DNA of 64,000 nt from Octopus sinensis (Eukaryota): assembly GCF_006345805.1 (NCBI RefSeq), contig NC_043007.1, forward strand, positions 11,966,001-12,030,000, in the 5' to 3' direction. The position numbers and the translations under genes are program-made. Each line of letters starts with the position of its first letter. Positions within the stretch are counted from its first letter, which is position 1. Shown one piece after another: positions 13,061 to 25,600 of this stretch. The notes under the pieces are model-generated. The model worked only from the letters and a program-made list of their open reading frames with translations. It had not been told where the DNA came from and ran no database searches.

Positions 13061-14374
13061 TTATTCTTCATTATAAAATACAATGATTGCCATACATGAA
13101 ACAGAATAACATAACAGGTTACAACAAAGATGTGTGAGAGACTTCGTAGTTAGTCTGGACTGTTGATATTGTAGACTAAGTTGACATACTGTGGGTGGTG
13201 TGAGGCAACCGTTGGTCTGTTGGTTGTGTGGTGTTCATACAACAATGATGTAGGCAGGCATCTGGGAGGGATGAAAGGAGAGACTGGCTGGTGTCAGATA
13301 CATCTTTGTCAGAGACAAGTTGCGTGTGGTCAGTGGCATGTGCCAAAGACATAGAACAGCTGAGAACTGCATTTCTTATAGAGAATAGTGGGCTCCCAGG
13401 AGAGATGGACGTTTTCCTGCCAAGAGAACACGTGATCCATTTTAACGTATCTGATTAGTTGACCATGTAATTTGACGCAATTGTTTAGGGGACAATTTGC
13501 ACCCAAAAATCTAGCCAATCAGAATGATGGTTACAACCTGGTCTTTATCACTAACTGTTTTCTACTACGTCCAAACAACAACTATAATCAGAGAGAGAAT
13601 AACTTGCTTTCTTTTATTTTGTTAATCTGTTCTTCTACAACTATTCCATTTGTAGCTTGCCTCCATCTCTCAAAAGTATTTGATTGTGTCATCGACACTA
13701 TCTCACTGAGAAGCTCCAATCAACATTTGGTATTGCTAAAAAAACGTACTGAAAAGTTCCATTAATCCAGACATGAGTAGCAGCGGATTATTTCACTTGC
13801 CAATGTGATGGAATTAAGTCTTAAAACTGAAAAAAATCATGTTTTGTTTATCAGGTCACCAAATGATTAACTGTATACAGGTGCAGACTATGGTTTGGTG
13901 GTGTGAAGTTTGCTTTCCAACCATATGGTTTTGGGTTCAGTCCCACTGCATGGCACCTTCGTCAAGTGTCTTCTAATATAATTCCATGCCAACCGAAGCC
14001 TTGGGAGTAGATTTGGGAGGTGGAAACTGAAGAGGTCCCATCTTTGTGTGTGTGTGTGTGTGTGTGTGCGTGTGCAGGTGTGTAAGTGCGTGTGTGAATG
14101 TGTGTGTGTGAGTATGTGTGTGTGTGTGTGTGTGAAAGTATGCATGCAGTGTGTGTGTGTGTATGTGTGTGTGTATGCATGTGTGTGCATGTAGTGTATG
14201 TGTGTGTGTGCATGTATGTGTGCATGTAGTGTGTATGTGTGTATGTATGTGTGCTTGTGTGCCTTTTTGTCTCCTCACTTTGTCATCATGTTGTGTGTGT
14301 GCATGTAGTGTATGTGTGTGTGTATGTGGATGTGTGTGCATGTAGTGTGTGTGTATGTGGATGTGTGAGGGGGT

Positions 14375-14770
14375 AGTCACTTACATTTACCCCAATGTTC
14401 AACTGGTTTTTATTTCACCAACCCTAAAAGGATGATGGGCAAAGTTGACCTCCGCAGGGTTTGAACTCAGAACATAAAGATGAATGAAGTGCCACAAAGC
14501 ATATTGTCCAGCATGCTAATGATTCTGCCAGCTTGCCACCTTAATAATAATAATAATCCTTTCTACCATAGGCACAAGGCCTGAAATTCGGAGGAGGAGG
14601 GGGACAGCCGATTACATCAACCCAAATGCTCAACTGGTACTTATTTCATTGACCCCGAAAGGATGAAAAGCAAAGCCACCTTGGTGGAATTTGAACTCAG
14701 AACGTAAAGACGGATGAAATGCTGCTAAGCATTTTGTGCAGCATGCTAAGAATTCTGCCACCTTTCCACC

Positions 14771-14811
<41 letters not shown>

Positions 14812-15026
14812 CATCCTTTCTACTGAAGGCACAAGGTCTTGAAATTTTTGGAGAGGGGACTTGACAATTACAACAACCCCAGTGTTTTATTGGTACTTAA
14901 TTTATCAACCCCGAAAGGATGAAAGGTAAAGCTGACCTCGGCAGAATTGAACTCAGAACATAGCAGCAGATGAAATACTGGTAAGCATTTTGCCCAGCAT
15001 GCTAACAATTCTGCCAGCTCACCACC

Positions 15027-15030
<4 letters not shown>
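14375..15030 (-). mobile_element. Three consecutive SINE family B copies separated by (AAT)n
   Basis: Copies at ~14375-14545, 14556-14775 and 14812-15030 share the CCCCGAAAGGATGAAAGGCAAAG...GAACTCAGAAC core. Confidence 0.8.
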
Positions 15031-15069
<39 letters not shown>

Positions 15070-15109
15070 TAATAATAATAATAATAATATAATAATAATA
15101 ATAATAATA

Positions 15110-15669
15110 AATGCCCTGATGTAATACCAGACATTGGCTGTCATGGCTTCTGATCTTAACTGATTGGAAGTGTTATCATGTACATTGTTTTGTCTTGGTA
15201 TAAAAGATGGGCTACAACAAATACTCTGCTCAATACCACAAGATTTGCTTGTCAGTTGTTTGACCTTAACCAGATGGGCATGTCCCTTGGTGGTTGACGA
15301 TATGTGCCTCTCTGAACATGAGCAGAAGTAGTGGGGGAGCATCATAGCCGTGTGTTGAAAGGAATTCTTAGAGTTTTGGATAATTCACCTTTGGAAACAT
15401 GGGCAGTTCGTTCAACATCCTTAAAAAATCTTTATTCAGGGACCTTTTGAGCAGGATGTGCTACTCGACCAGAAGAAAATTCTAACTGGGCCCCACCTGC
15501 AAGGTCAAGCGCTGTTTATCTTGATATGAGATCACCATGTTGCGCACATATGGTTGTGATGCATGTGCCTGGTGTACCCTTATCAGACGGGTAGTCATGA
15601 TCAGTATACTGGGCTTCGTATATTTTACCCCAGTGTCACTTTGATGGCATGTACTGCTCTCTCGCTCAA
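15110..15669 (+). mobile_element. ~560-bp non-autonomous repeat (family D) embedded in (AAT)n
   Basis: An inverted full-length homolog is at 23688-24238 and partial copies at 44692-44938 and 45029-45278. All are flanked by (AAT)n. Confidence 0.75.
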
Positions 15670-15677
15670 TAATAATC

Positions 15678-15713
<36 letters not shown>

Positions 15714-15909
15714 TTAATAATAACCAGAATCCTTGTCCGGTACCAGATTGAACCCAAATCCAATCAGTTTGTACCAGTCATGAGGCCAAACATCCCTGAA
15801 AGTTTCATCTGGATCCATCCAGTGGTTCTTGAGATATCTTGTCCACAGACAAACAAAACAAACAAACAAACACAACTGGAAACAATACTTCTACCTTCAC
15901 TAAGGCAGA

Positions 15910-15960
<51 letters not shown>

Positions 15961-16202
15961 CCTTTCTATTATAGGCACAAGGCCTGGATTTTTGTGGGAG
16001 GGGTATAGTCGGTCACATCGACCCCAGTACCTGGCTGGTACTTAATTTATCAAACCTGAAAGGATGAAAGGCAAAGTCAACCTCGTAATCTTTCCTACTA
16101 TAGGCACAAGGTTTGAAATTATGGTGAAGGGGTTGACCGATTGTATCAACCCCAGTGCTAGACTGGTACTCATTTCATTGACCCTGAAATGTTGAAAGGC
16201 AA

Positions 16203-16610
16203 TTCTCTTATTCTCTTATATGTTTCAGTCCAATGACTGTGGCCATGCTGGAGCACCGCCATTGTAATCATCTTTCCACTTTCCACCTTTGTCTGAGTGG
16301 CTTCTGGTGAAGGATGGAGTTCAATGCTACTGCCCACTTTTGAGTTTCTTGCTTAGATATTGGCTCATCCAGGATCTCGGCAAGCCAGAGGTCAAGTTCA
16401 CGTTTGAAAATGTCTACATCTACTCCATTAAGGCCCCTCAGATGCTTCGGCAGACAGTTAAACAGCTGTGGGCCCTTGAAACCCAAGCTATTGCAGTACA
16501 TCGTCCTTGCCCAAGATGAAGCAGTTGGCACAATGGGGACAGCACACTGACGTCCTGTTCATGGTCTGGTATAGCTCTTTATTCCAAAGTTTGGTACCAG
16601 TCCTTCCAGC
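16203..16610 (-). mobile_element. CR1-clade LINE 3' end
   Basis: ORF 16268-16531 reads NSLGFKGPQLFNCLPKHLR...VDIFKRELDLWLAEILDEP...NSILHQ, a CR1-type RT C-terminus. It is followed by a 3' tail shared with SINE family A. Confidence 0.8.
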
Positions 16611-17659
16611 AATGTTCTAATTTTGATGCAAGACTTGCAATTTTGAGGGGAGGGGTTAAATAATATCAACCCCCCCCCCCAGTATTTGACTGGTACTTAC
16701 TTTATCAGCATCAAAATGATGAAAGGCAAAGTCAAACATGGCAGAATTGGATCTCAGAATCATCATCATCATCATCGTTTAACGTCCACTTTCCATGCTG
16801 GCATGGGTTGGCCGATTTTGACTGAGGTCTGGCGAACCAGATGGCTGCACCAGACTCCAATCTGATCTGGCAGAGTTTCTACAGCTGGATGCCCTTCCTA
16901 ACGCCAACCACTCCATGAGTGTAGTGGGTACTTTTTACGTGCCAGGCGAGGCTGGCAACGGCCACGATCGGTTGGTGCTTTTTACACGAACCAAAACAAA
17001 CACTCTAAACATTTTTGTCACACATACTAATGATTCCGCTAGCTTGCCACTTTAATAATAATAATAATAATGATTATAGGAATATTCGTCTATTTAAAAA
17101 TTCGTTAAGTGGAATAAATCTCAACATTAACTGTTATACATTAAATCATTTTATCAACTTAATCAAATTTTCACCTTTTATTATCTTCAGTTTCAGAGTC
17201 TGTCTGTTACTTCAGAAATATATTTTTTGTTTATTACTAAAATTAATTTTTTTGTTTCATTTTCAGGGTTCTTTTATTACTTTGAATGGAAATTTTGATT
17301 TTTGATTTTGAACTTGTTTTTGTTAACATTATTACAAACAAATGTGATTTGCCTGCTACTTCAAGGAGTGAGTTCTTGTTTTTTGGTGCTTTTTTACTGA
17401 TTTTTTTTCTTCTTCTCTGCATCGTTTTTATATTTGGTTTGCAAGATTCTTTATGTGAATTCATGTGATTTAACCAATTGACTAATAATAAAGAAGTGGA
17501 ATTAAACCAGTGTGTTGATAATATTGGCATAATGACTCTCTTTAGGCACAACAAAATATTTTCCTCTAATAAACTAGTCTTTAATTCAGAAAATAATATA
17601 TATATCAGGGTAAGTCGAAACTTATACATACTCTTGTTTCTATAATTTATTAAAACAAA

Positions 17660-18096
17660 ATCGAAATCGAAATCAAATTCAATGACTGGTAACCATGCTA
17701 GTGGAGCGCTAAGAGTACCATATGAGTGAGATTGTTGCCAGAGCAAGAAGCTGGCTTCTGAGTCAATGGCACATAAAAAACACCATTCGAGCGTGACCGT
17801 TATCTACGTCGCCTTACTAGCACTTGTGCTGGTGGCATGGGAAAAAACATTCGAGCGAGGCTGTTGCCAGTGCCACTAGACTGGCTTCTGTGCAGGTGGC
17901 ACATAAAAAGCACCATTTGAGCATGGCCATTGCCAGTACCGCATGACTGACCCTCGTGCTAGTGGCACATAAAAGCACCCACTACACTCTCAGAGTGTTT
18001 GGCGTTAGGAAGGGCATCCAGCTGTAGAAGCTCTATCCAACCCATGCTAGCATGGAAAGCAGACATTAAACGATGATAATGATGATGATGATGATG
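17660..18096 (+). mobile_element. RTE LINE 3' UTR repeat
   Basis: Subrepeats GGCACATAAAAAGCACC, terminal GGAAGGGCATCCAGCTGTAGAA and (GAT)n tail. Confidence 0.8.
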
Positions 18097-18119
18097 AAAA
18101 GCAGGGGTCCAAGATCCTT

Positions 18120-19250
18120 TTACAACATTGTCTCTTTGCCTTTTGATACACTTTTTCTAGTGGTCCAGAAGCTTTCTTACTCCATCAGAGAAGAAGGTTT
18201 GCAGCTGGTCCTGCAGCCATTTATGCACAGCTCTCTGCACATTTTCATCTGAAGCAAATCAACAACCTCATAAAGGATGTTTAAACAGTCCAAAGTAATG
18301 ATAGTCAGAAGGAGCAAGATCTGGACTATATGCAGGGTATTTCAACAACTCAAAGCCTAATTCTTCAATGGTGTTCACAGTTGTATCTGGGTATTCATTG
18401 TCATCATCATCATCATCATCATTTAACGTCCACTTTCCATGCTAGCATGGGTTGGACGATTTGACTGAGGACTGGCAAATCAGATGGTTGCACCAGGCTC
18501 CAATCTGATCTGGCAGAGTTTCTACAGCTGGATGCCCTTCCTAACGCCAACCACTCCGAGAGTGTAGGGGGTGCTTTTACGTGCCACCGACAAGAGAGCC
18601 AGTCAAGCGGTACTGGCAACGGTCACAGAAAATCGTGTTTTTTTTACATGTCACCTGCACACTGACACAAGTGCCAGTATGGCGACGCTGGTAATGATCA
18701 TGCTCAAATGGTGCTTTTTACGTGTCACCAGCATGAATGCCAGTTAGCCGCTCTGGCAACGATCATGCAACGATATTCGATTTAATGATAGACAATAGTG
18801 TTTGGTGTAAACTGCTGGTTTCAATTTGTTGGCCAGTATTCCACTGAAGCTTACACTAGAGACTGTAAACCACTTTTCCCAGTAATGTTCCAGTATTTTG
18901 CATCCCCTAAAATAGTTAGTATCACTAGTTCTGCTAAAGGTTGAATCTTGAATTTCTTTTTCACTGTTCCAGGTATTTTAAACTTCTCAATCCATTCATA
19001 TATACCTCTGTGTGATAGAGAACTGTCCTCATACTGAAAGTGTGCAATGAATTTCAGCCCCTGACACACCTTAAAATCAGATGACTGGTCTATGTTTTTC
19101 CTTGGTGCACACTGCCAGTGGAACAGCCATGCTTTCTCTGTAACACAAGAAAGGAAACTGGACCAATCAAGGTCAAACTTCGATTGCACAACCACAAGAA
19201 GACCACATTTTTAGTAGATGTGAGCTGAAGAAAATATGACCAACTTAAAC
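18120..19250 (-). mobile_element. Decayed mariner transposase interrupted by an RTE 3' UTR insertion (~18402-18785)
   Basis: Minus strand reads LGFELLKYPAYSPDLAPSDYHYFG (YSPDLAP motif) at 18270-18370 and IYEWIEKFK at ~19000. Confidence 0.8.
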
Positions 19251-19419
19251 CAAGTTTTGACAAAGGTATAGATATCATTTCATTTCCCCTCATGTGTGTG
19301 TGTGCTCGTTGTGTGTGTGTGTGCTCGTTGTGTGTGTGCATTTGCATGTTTGCATTCATGGTGCATCGTACATTCGTAAATCTGATGTTGGTAGTTTTAT
19401 GTCTTTTGAGAATACTGAA

Positions 19420-19805
19420 AGGCATAGGAGTGGCTGCGTGGTAAGTAGCTTGCTAACCAGCCACATGGTTCCGGGTTCAGTCACACTACGTGGCACCTTG
19501 GGCAAGTGTCTTTTACTATAGCCTCGGGCCGACCAAAGCCTTGTGAGTGGATTTGGTAGATGGAAACTGAAAGAAGCCTGTCGTATATATGTTATATATA
19601 TATATGTGTATATGTGTGTGTGTGTATGTGTTTGTGTGTCGGTGTTTGTCCCCCCCCCCATAACTTAGCAGTTCGGCAAAAGAGACCAATATAATAAATA
19701 CTAGGCTGACAAAGAATAAGTTCTGGGGTCGATTTGCTCGACTAAAGGCGGTGCTCCAGCATGGCCACAGTCAAATGACCGAAACCAGTAAAAGAGTAAA
19801 AGAGT
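19420..19805 (+). mobile_element. SINE family A
   Basis: Full head-to-tail match to family A. Confidence 0.85.
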
Positions 19806-20546
19806 AAGCTCATACTTGCAAAATCATCTTTCTAACTACACAACCATCTTATAGCTGAATTTGGTAATCACATTTTTCATATTTCTTAAACAGCTATAAT
19901 TTAGTTTCAAATTATTTCTATTAAATAATTCACTGTAATGATGGGTTTTCTGGAAATATTATTTATTAGTCCAAAGAAATTTTACATTTACAGGATAACA
20001 GTGAATTATTGGACATCATCTTGTTTCGGATGTATTGTTATAGTATGAGAAGCTATATTTAAGATATATTTGTTTGAGGATAAGTTACATATTTTTAACT
20101 AATATTTTTGACTAAATTGTTGAAAACTATGAGCAGGTGGTGAAAATTTTTCTTGATATATAAGAGCTTTTAGTTTGTTTTCTAGTATAGCTTATGGTTA
20201 TCTGTATTTAAGTGGAATGTAAATGATAACAGCCAAATCTCTTGTGTGGGTGGTTGGTTAGTATGGTTTGAAAATTACTAGAATTTTGTGAACACATTTC
20301 CTTTGAAACCAGCTTCTGTCATTTACATAGATACATCATTGTTTAACCACTAGAAAAACTCTAATAAAGCTTTCCTATGATCAAAGGCGTTCTATCCACG
20401 ACCATCCCATCTTTTCAGCTTGAATTATTTCCCATGACAGTATTCAATATATTCTTCCTTCTTTAAAGAGGGTTGCGTGTGAGCTGTGAGAGATTTGACT
20501 GTTATTTCTAGCAGTTAATATTCCTTCATTTATTAAGTGTCTGATA

Positions 20547-21107
20547 TATTGGGTTGTCCGGAAAGTTCGTGCCGATTTTTAAAGGAAAGAAAAAGGTCAA
20601 TAAATACTTGCCATTACATTTTTAATCAACCAAATATGAACTATTTTGTTGCGCAATGCGTCTCCATCTTTCCTTTAACTTGAAAATACCCTCTTCCCAG
20701 AATTGAGGTGGTTTCATGGCAAAGAATTCATCAAGGTATCTTTTTACGTCATCCAAGGAATTGAAATTTTTATCATGAAGACTATTCTGCAGAGACCTGA
20801 ATAGGTGGAAATCCAAAGGAGCAATATCTGGTGAATATGGAGGGTGGGGGTAACACATCCCAGCCAAGCTGCAGCAATTGCTGCCTGGTTCCCAAAGCAT
20901 CAATGAACTTTCTTATCTTCCATTTTAAAGGGTTACAGAATTAACACAGGTTATAGGAACATAAACCTTCTTCCACGAAAAGATAGCTTAAACTGTGCTC
21001 TAAATGGAGGTGTAGCCAAATCATATTTTATGGACTCAGCTATGTTCTAAAATAAGTCGAAAGGTAAGCTACTATAAATCGGCATGAACTTTCCGGACAA
21101 CACAATA
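20547..21107 (-). mobile_element. Internally deleted mariner element with both TIRs
   Basis: TATTGGGTTGTCCGGAAAGTTCGTGCCGATTT at 20547 and inverted AAATCGGCATGAACTTTCCGGACAACACAATA ending at 21107. ORF 20622-20903 reads HPPYSPDIAPLDFHLFRSLQNSL...WEEGIFKLKERW. Confidence 0.92.
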
Positions 21108-21457
21108 GCTGCATTAACATGCTGTGTTTTACAAATAAATACGGTTTGCTTCCCAGTTGTCTCTTCCAGTTCTCACTAACCAGATATATTTAGACAAAGT
21201 CTCTACATTCCATTTGTATAAGTTTTATTCAGACAAATAAACAAGAAAAACTAAGATGACCTATCATTGGAATGACCAAAATCTTATGGTTCCTAAAAAC
21301 ATACTTCACCTGCCATTTGCAGAGGGATATGAAACAACATTTGACATGGAAATGTTTCTACAGATTCCAAAAGCAAAACAAATCCAAAACTTAAAACAGT
21401 TTATTTAAAGATTACCTCGAGCAATTTAGAATAAGCTGAAGATGAGTGTAAGTTGAA

Positions 21458-21493
<36 letters not shown>

Positions 21494-21519
21494 GGAGAGA
21501 GAAACTGTGTGTGTATATA

Positions 21520-21563
<44 letters not shown>

Positions 21564-21741
21564 TATATATGCATATATATGTGCTCCCGCATATATAGGA
21601 AAGAATAACAAGTATGTTAAACTGTTGACTGCAATTATACATACATATACATTATATATTCTACTACATAAACATATGCAAGCACACACACACATATATA
21701 CACATATATATGTTTATATCCATTTATAATTGTATATGCTT

Positions 21742-21901
<160 letters not shown>

Positions 21902-22476
21902 GTGTGTGTTTGATTTTGTTTATGTATTATATATGTAGTTGTAATTGTATGCATATGTATGTATGAATGCATGTATGTATGTATACATGTGTGTGCTTGC
22001 ATATGTTTATGTAGTAGAATATATATATATATTGTGTATGTATGTATAATTGCAGTCAACAGTTTAATATATTTGTTATTCTTTCCTATGGCAGGAAAAC
22101 ATGGCAACTATATAAAGAGATTGCTGAAGGCATTTCATCAAAGATGTCTTCTCAATATCCTGCATGTCAAAGATGTGTGGATGTACGTGTATCTGTGGGT
22201 GTGTGTGTGAGTGTGTATGGTGTGTGTGTGTGTGTGTGTGTGTGTGTGCATTCTTTTACTCTTTTAATCTTTTACCTGTTTCAGTCATTTGACTGTGGCC
22301 ATGCTGGAGCACCGCCTTTAGTCGAACAAATCGACCCCAGGACTTATTCTTTGGAATCCTAGTACTTATTCTATCGGTGTCTTTTGCCGAACCGCTAAGT
22401 TATTGGGACATAAACACACCAACATTGTTTGTCAAGCAATGGTGGGAGCACAAACATAGATTCACAAATATATACA

Positions 22477-22519
<43 letters not shown>

Positions 22520-22772
22520 TTATGTGTGAGTATGTATGTATATATGTATATTTTCTAGCTTTTTTATTCCTCGATCATTAGGCTGTGGCCATGCTGGAGC
22601 ACTGCCTTGAAGAATTTTTAGTCAAATGAATTGACCCCGGTACTTTTATTTATTTTTAAGCCGGGTACTTACTTTATTGAGGTCATTTGTTGAACCAGTA
22701 AGTTGTGAGGATGTAGACACTAACATCAGTTGTCAAGCAGTGGTGGAGACAAACACAGAACAGACACAAACA

Positions 22773-22842
<70 letters not shown>

Positions 22843-22844
22843 AC

Positions 22845-23610
22845 ACCTCTTATTTTTCAAGCACCTTCCAGAGTATTCAAGTGGTTCCAAGCAGTGCTGT
22901 TTTCTGCAAGTGCTCCACCCTTATTACAGTCCCTATTCGTTCTACATACTTCTCGAGAGTTTTTCTCACTGTTCCCAGGGTTCCAACAATTATTGGTACT
23001 ACTGCTACCTTTTTCATCAACCACAACTGCTTTACTTCCCAAGCTAACCTGTCATAACTCTCAACTTTTCTTTCTTCCTTATCACATACCTTGTTGTCAG
23101 CTGGGCATGTCATGTCAATGATCCAGCATAGTTTGTTTTCTTTCTCAATTAAGACTATGTCCAGCTTCCTATTCTCTATCTCATGGTCACACTGGATCAT
23201 AGAATCATTTTTATTATTATTATTTTATGTTTGACTTTTGCTTTACAAGTTGGCTCCAAGTCTCACCCAGAGACTTCTAGAGACAACAAGTTAGAAGTTC
23301 ATGTTGGTGTTATGCCTAGGGTGCCATATATTTGGTTTTGTACATAGTGTTGTTCTAGATAATGTTTAAGAAACCATAAGAAAACTATGTTTGTTTTAAA
23401 ACTTGAGATTACATAGAAAGTATTTTGCGTAGGATATGAGCAGTTCCCATGAGCACTATCTTTTGAATTTCTGCCATTTTGAGGTTTCCTGGTATCTAAG
23501 CTAGGTAGCAATCAGCCCTTTTTGCTATCATTCCCAGGGCACCTATGACAGCAGGTATTGTTTTAGTCTTCAGGTTCCACATTTTGCTAATTTCTATTTC
23601 AAGATCTTTA
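22845..23610 (-). mobile_element. Two R4/Dong-clade LINE 3' fragments (restriction-like endonuclease domain)
   Basis: ORF 22877-23200 reads DHEIENRKLDIVLI...IIDMTCP...VPIIVGTLG...LQKTALLGT. A second fragment at 23230-23610 reads YQDLEIEISKMWNLKTKTIPAVIGALG. Both lie in (ATT)n. Confidence 0.85.
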
Positions 23611-23621
23611 TATTGGCTCAG

Positions 23622-23687
<66 letters not shown>

Positions 23688-23688
<1 letters not shown>

Positions 23689-24238
23689 GAATGAGAGAGC
23701 AGTGCATGCCATCAAAGTGACACTGGGGTAAAATATACAAAGCCCAGTATACTCATCATGACTACCCGTCTGATAAGGGTACACCAGGCACATGCATCAC
23801 AACAATATGTGCTTGATAAGGTGATCACATAAACAGCACATGACCTTGCAGGTGGGGCCCAGTTAGAATTTTCTTCTGGTCGAGTAGCCCATCCCGCTCA
23901 AAATGTCCCTGAATAAGGGTTGTTTAAGGATGTTGAACGAAACACCCATGTTTCCAGAGGTGAATTATCCAAACCTCTAAGAATTCCTTTCAACACACGG
24001 CTATGATGCTCCCCAACTATTTCTGCTCATGGTCAGAGATGCATATGTCGTCAGCCACTTAGGGACATGCTCAACTGGTTAAGGTTAAACAACTGACAAG
24101 CAAATCTGTAGTTCTGAGAAGAATATTTGCTGTAGCCAATCATTTATACCAAGACAAAACAATGTACAGGATAACACTTCCAATCAGTTAAGATCAGAAG
24201 CCACGGGAGCCACTGCCTGGTACTGCATCAGGGCATTT
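23688..24238 (-). mobile_element. Family D ~550-bp repeat
   Basis: Reverse complement of 15110-15669 with the same termini. Confidence 0.75.
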
Positions 24239-24632
24239 ATTATTATCATCATCATCATCATCATCATCATCATAATCATCATCATCATAATCATCATCAT
24301 CATCATTATTATTATTATCATTAATATTATTATTCTATGTTTGACTTTTGCTTTACATTTGTACAAGTTGGCTCCAAGTCTCACCTACAGACCTCAAGAG
24401 ACAAGTTGGAAGTTCATGTTGGTGTTATGCCTAGAGTGCCATATATTTAGTTTTGTACATAGAGTTGTTCTAGAGAATGTTTAAGAAACCATAATCATTA
24501 TTATTATTATTATTATTATTGTTATTATCATCATCATTATTATTATTATTATCATTATTATTATTATTATTATTATCATCATCATCATCATCATCATCAT
24601 CATTATCATCATTATTATTATCATCATTATTA

Positions 24633-24686
<54 letters not shown>

Positions 24687-24742
24687 CATCATTATTATTA
24701 TTATCATCATCATCATTATTATCACTATTATTATTATCATCA

Positions 24743-24777
<35 letters not shown>

Positions 24778-25600
24778 GATGATGATGATGATGATGATTT
24801 GACTCAAGTTCATTCTTATTCCTGATTGCCTTTAAGTGGTAAGTGGGTTACTACCTGTAACCTTAGACATCCATCCACGAGCTTCCAATAGTTTTACAAG
24901 TGCTTATAACCTTTCTGATAATCTTTCCTGTCCCTCATATTAATCATTACTTCCATCATCATCATCATCATCATCATCACCATCATCAGCATCCTCATCA
25001 ACATCATCACAAAATAAAGCGCAGAGAAATATTAACCTCTTAATAATGCACATTCCAACAGTACCAGTCATTAATGATTAATGAGTGGTGCCTCGTGTAA
25101 CTCACCACTGTTGTCCCTCCTATGTCACAGCAGGAATTTTTCTTTTTCTCTTCTAATCATTTTCATGTTTAATGTGGTTCGGCATGGCATCAAATACAGA
25201 GGGGTGTCACGAGTTTCAGGCCAGCTTTATAAATATTGACCGTCAACCACCACTGCTTACGTAACGAGGTGTAATTTGTTAGCTCGTCTGCGATAATTTA
25301 TTCAGAACAACGGCAGCAAATGATGCATTTAAGTCAACGCTAAAAGCAGTTGCAACAAAAATTCCAAAACTGGCAGAAATAATTTCCTCGTACAAATATT
25401 GCTTGAGGTGATACCATGAATAAATAAACCTATTTTGATTTTCTGAATCAAACGAGCCATAATCCCAGCTGTACTGTGTTTTTCAAACTCAGTTTGTCAG
25501 TCATTATGAAGGTGAATGTGTAATGTGTAGCACAAGAGAGTGAGGTGTTTTGGCTGGGCCACTCAGGCGTTGCTTGTTTGGCATCAGTAATTCTATGCTG

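Noticed and set aside
17243-17746. 167-aa minus-strand Lys-rich ORF
   Set aside because: It starts inside an RTE UTR repeat, its composition follows A-rich DNA, and no domain is recognisable.
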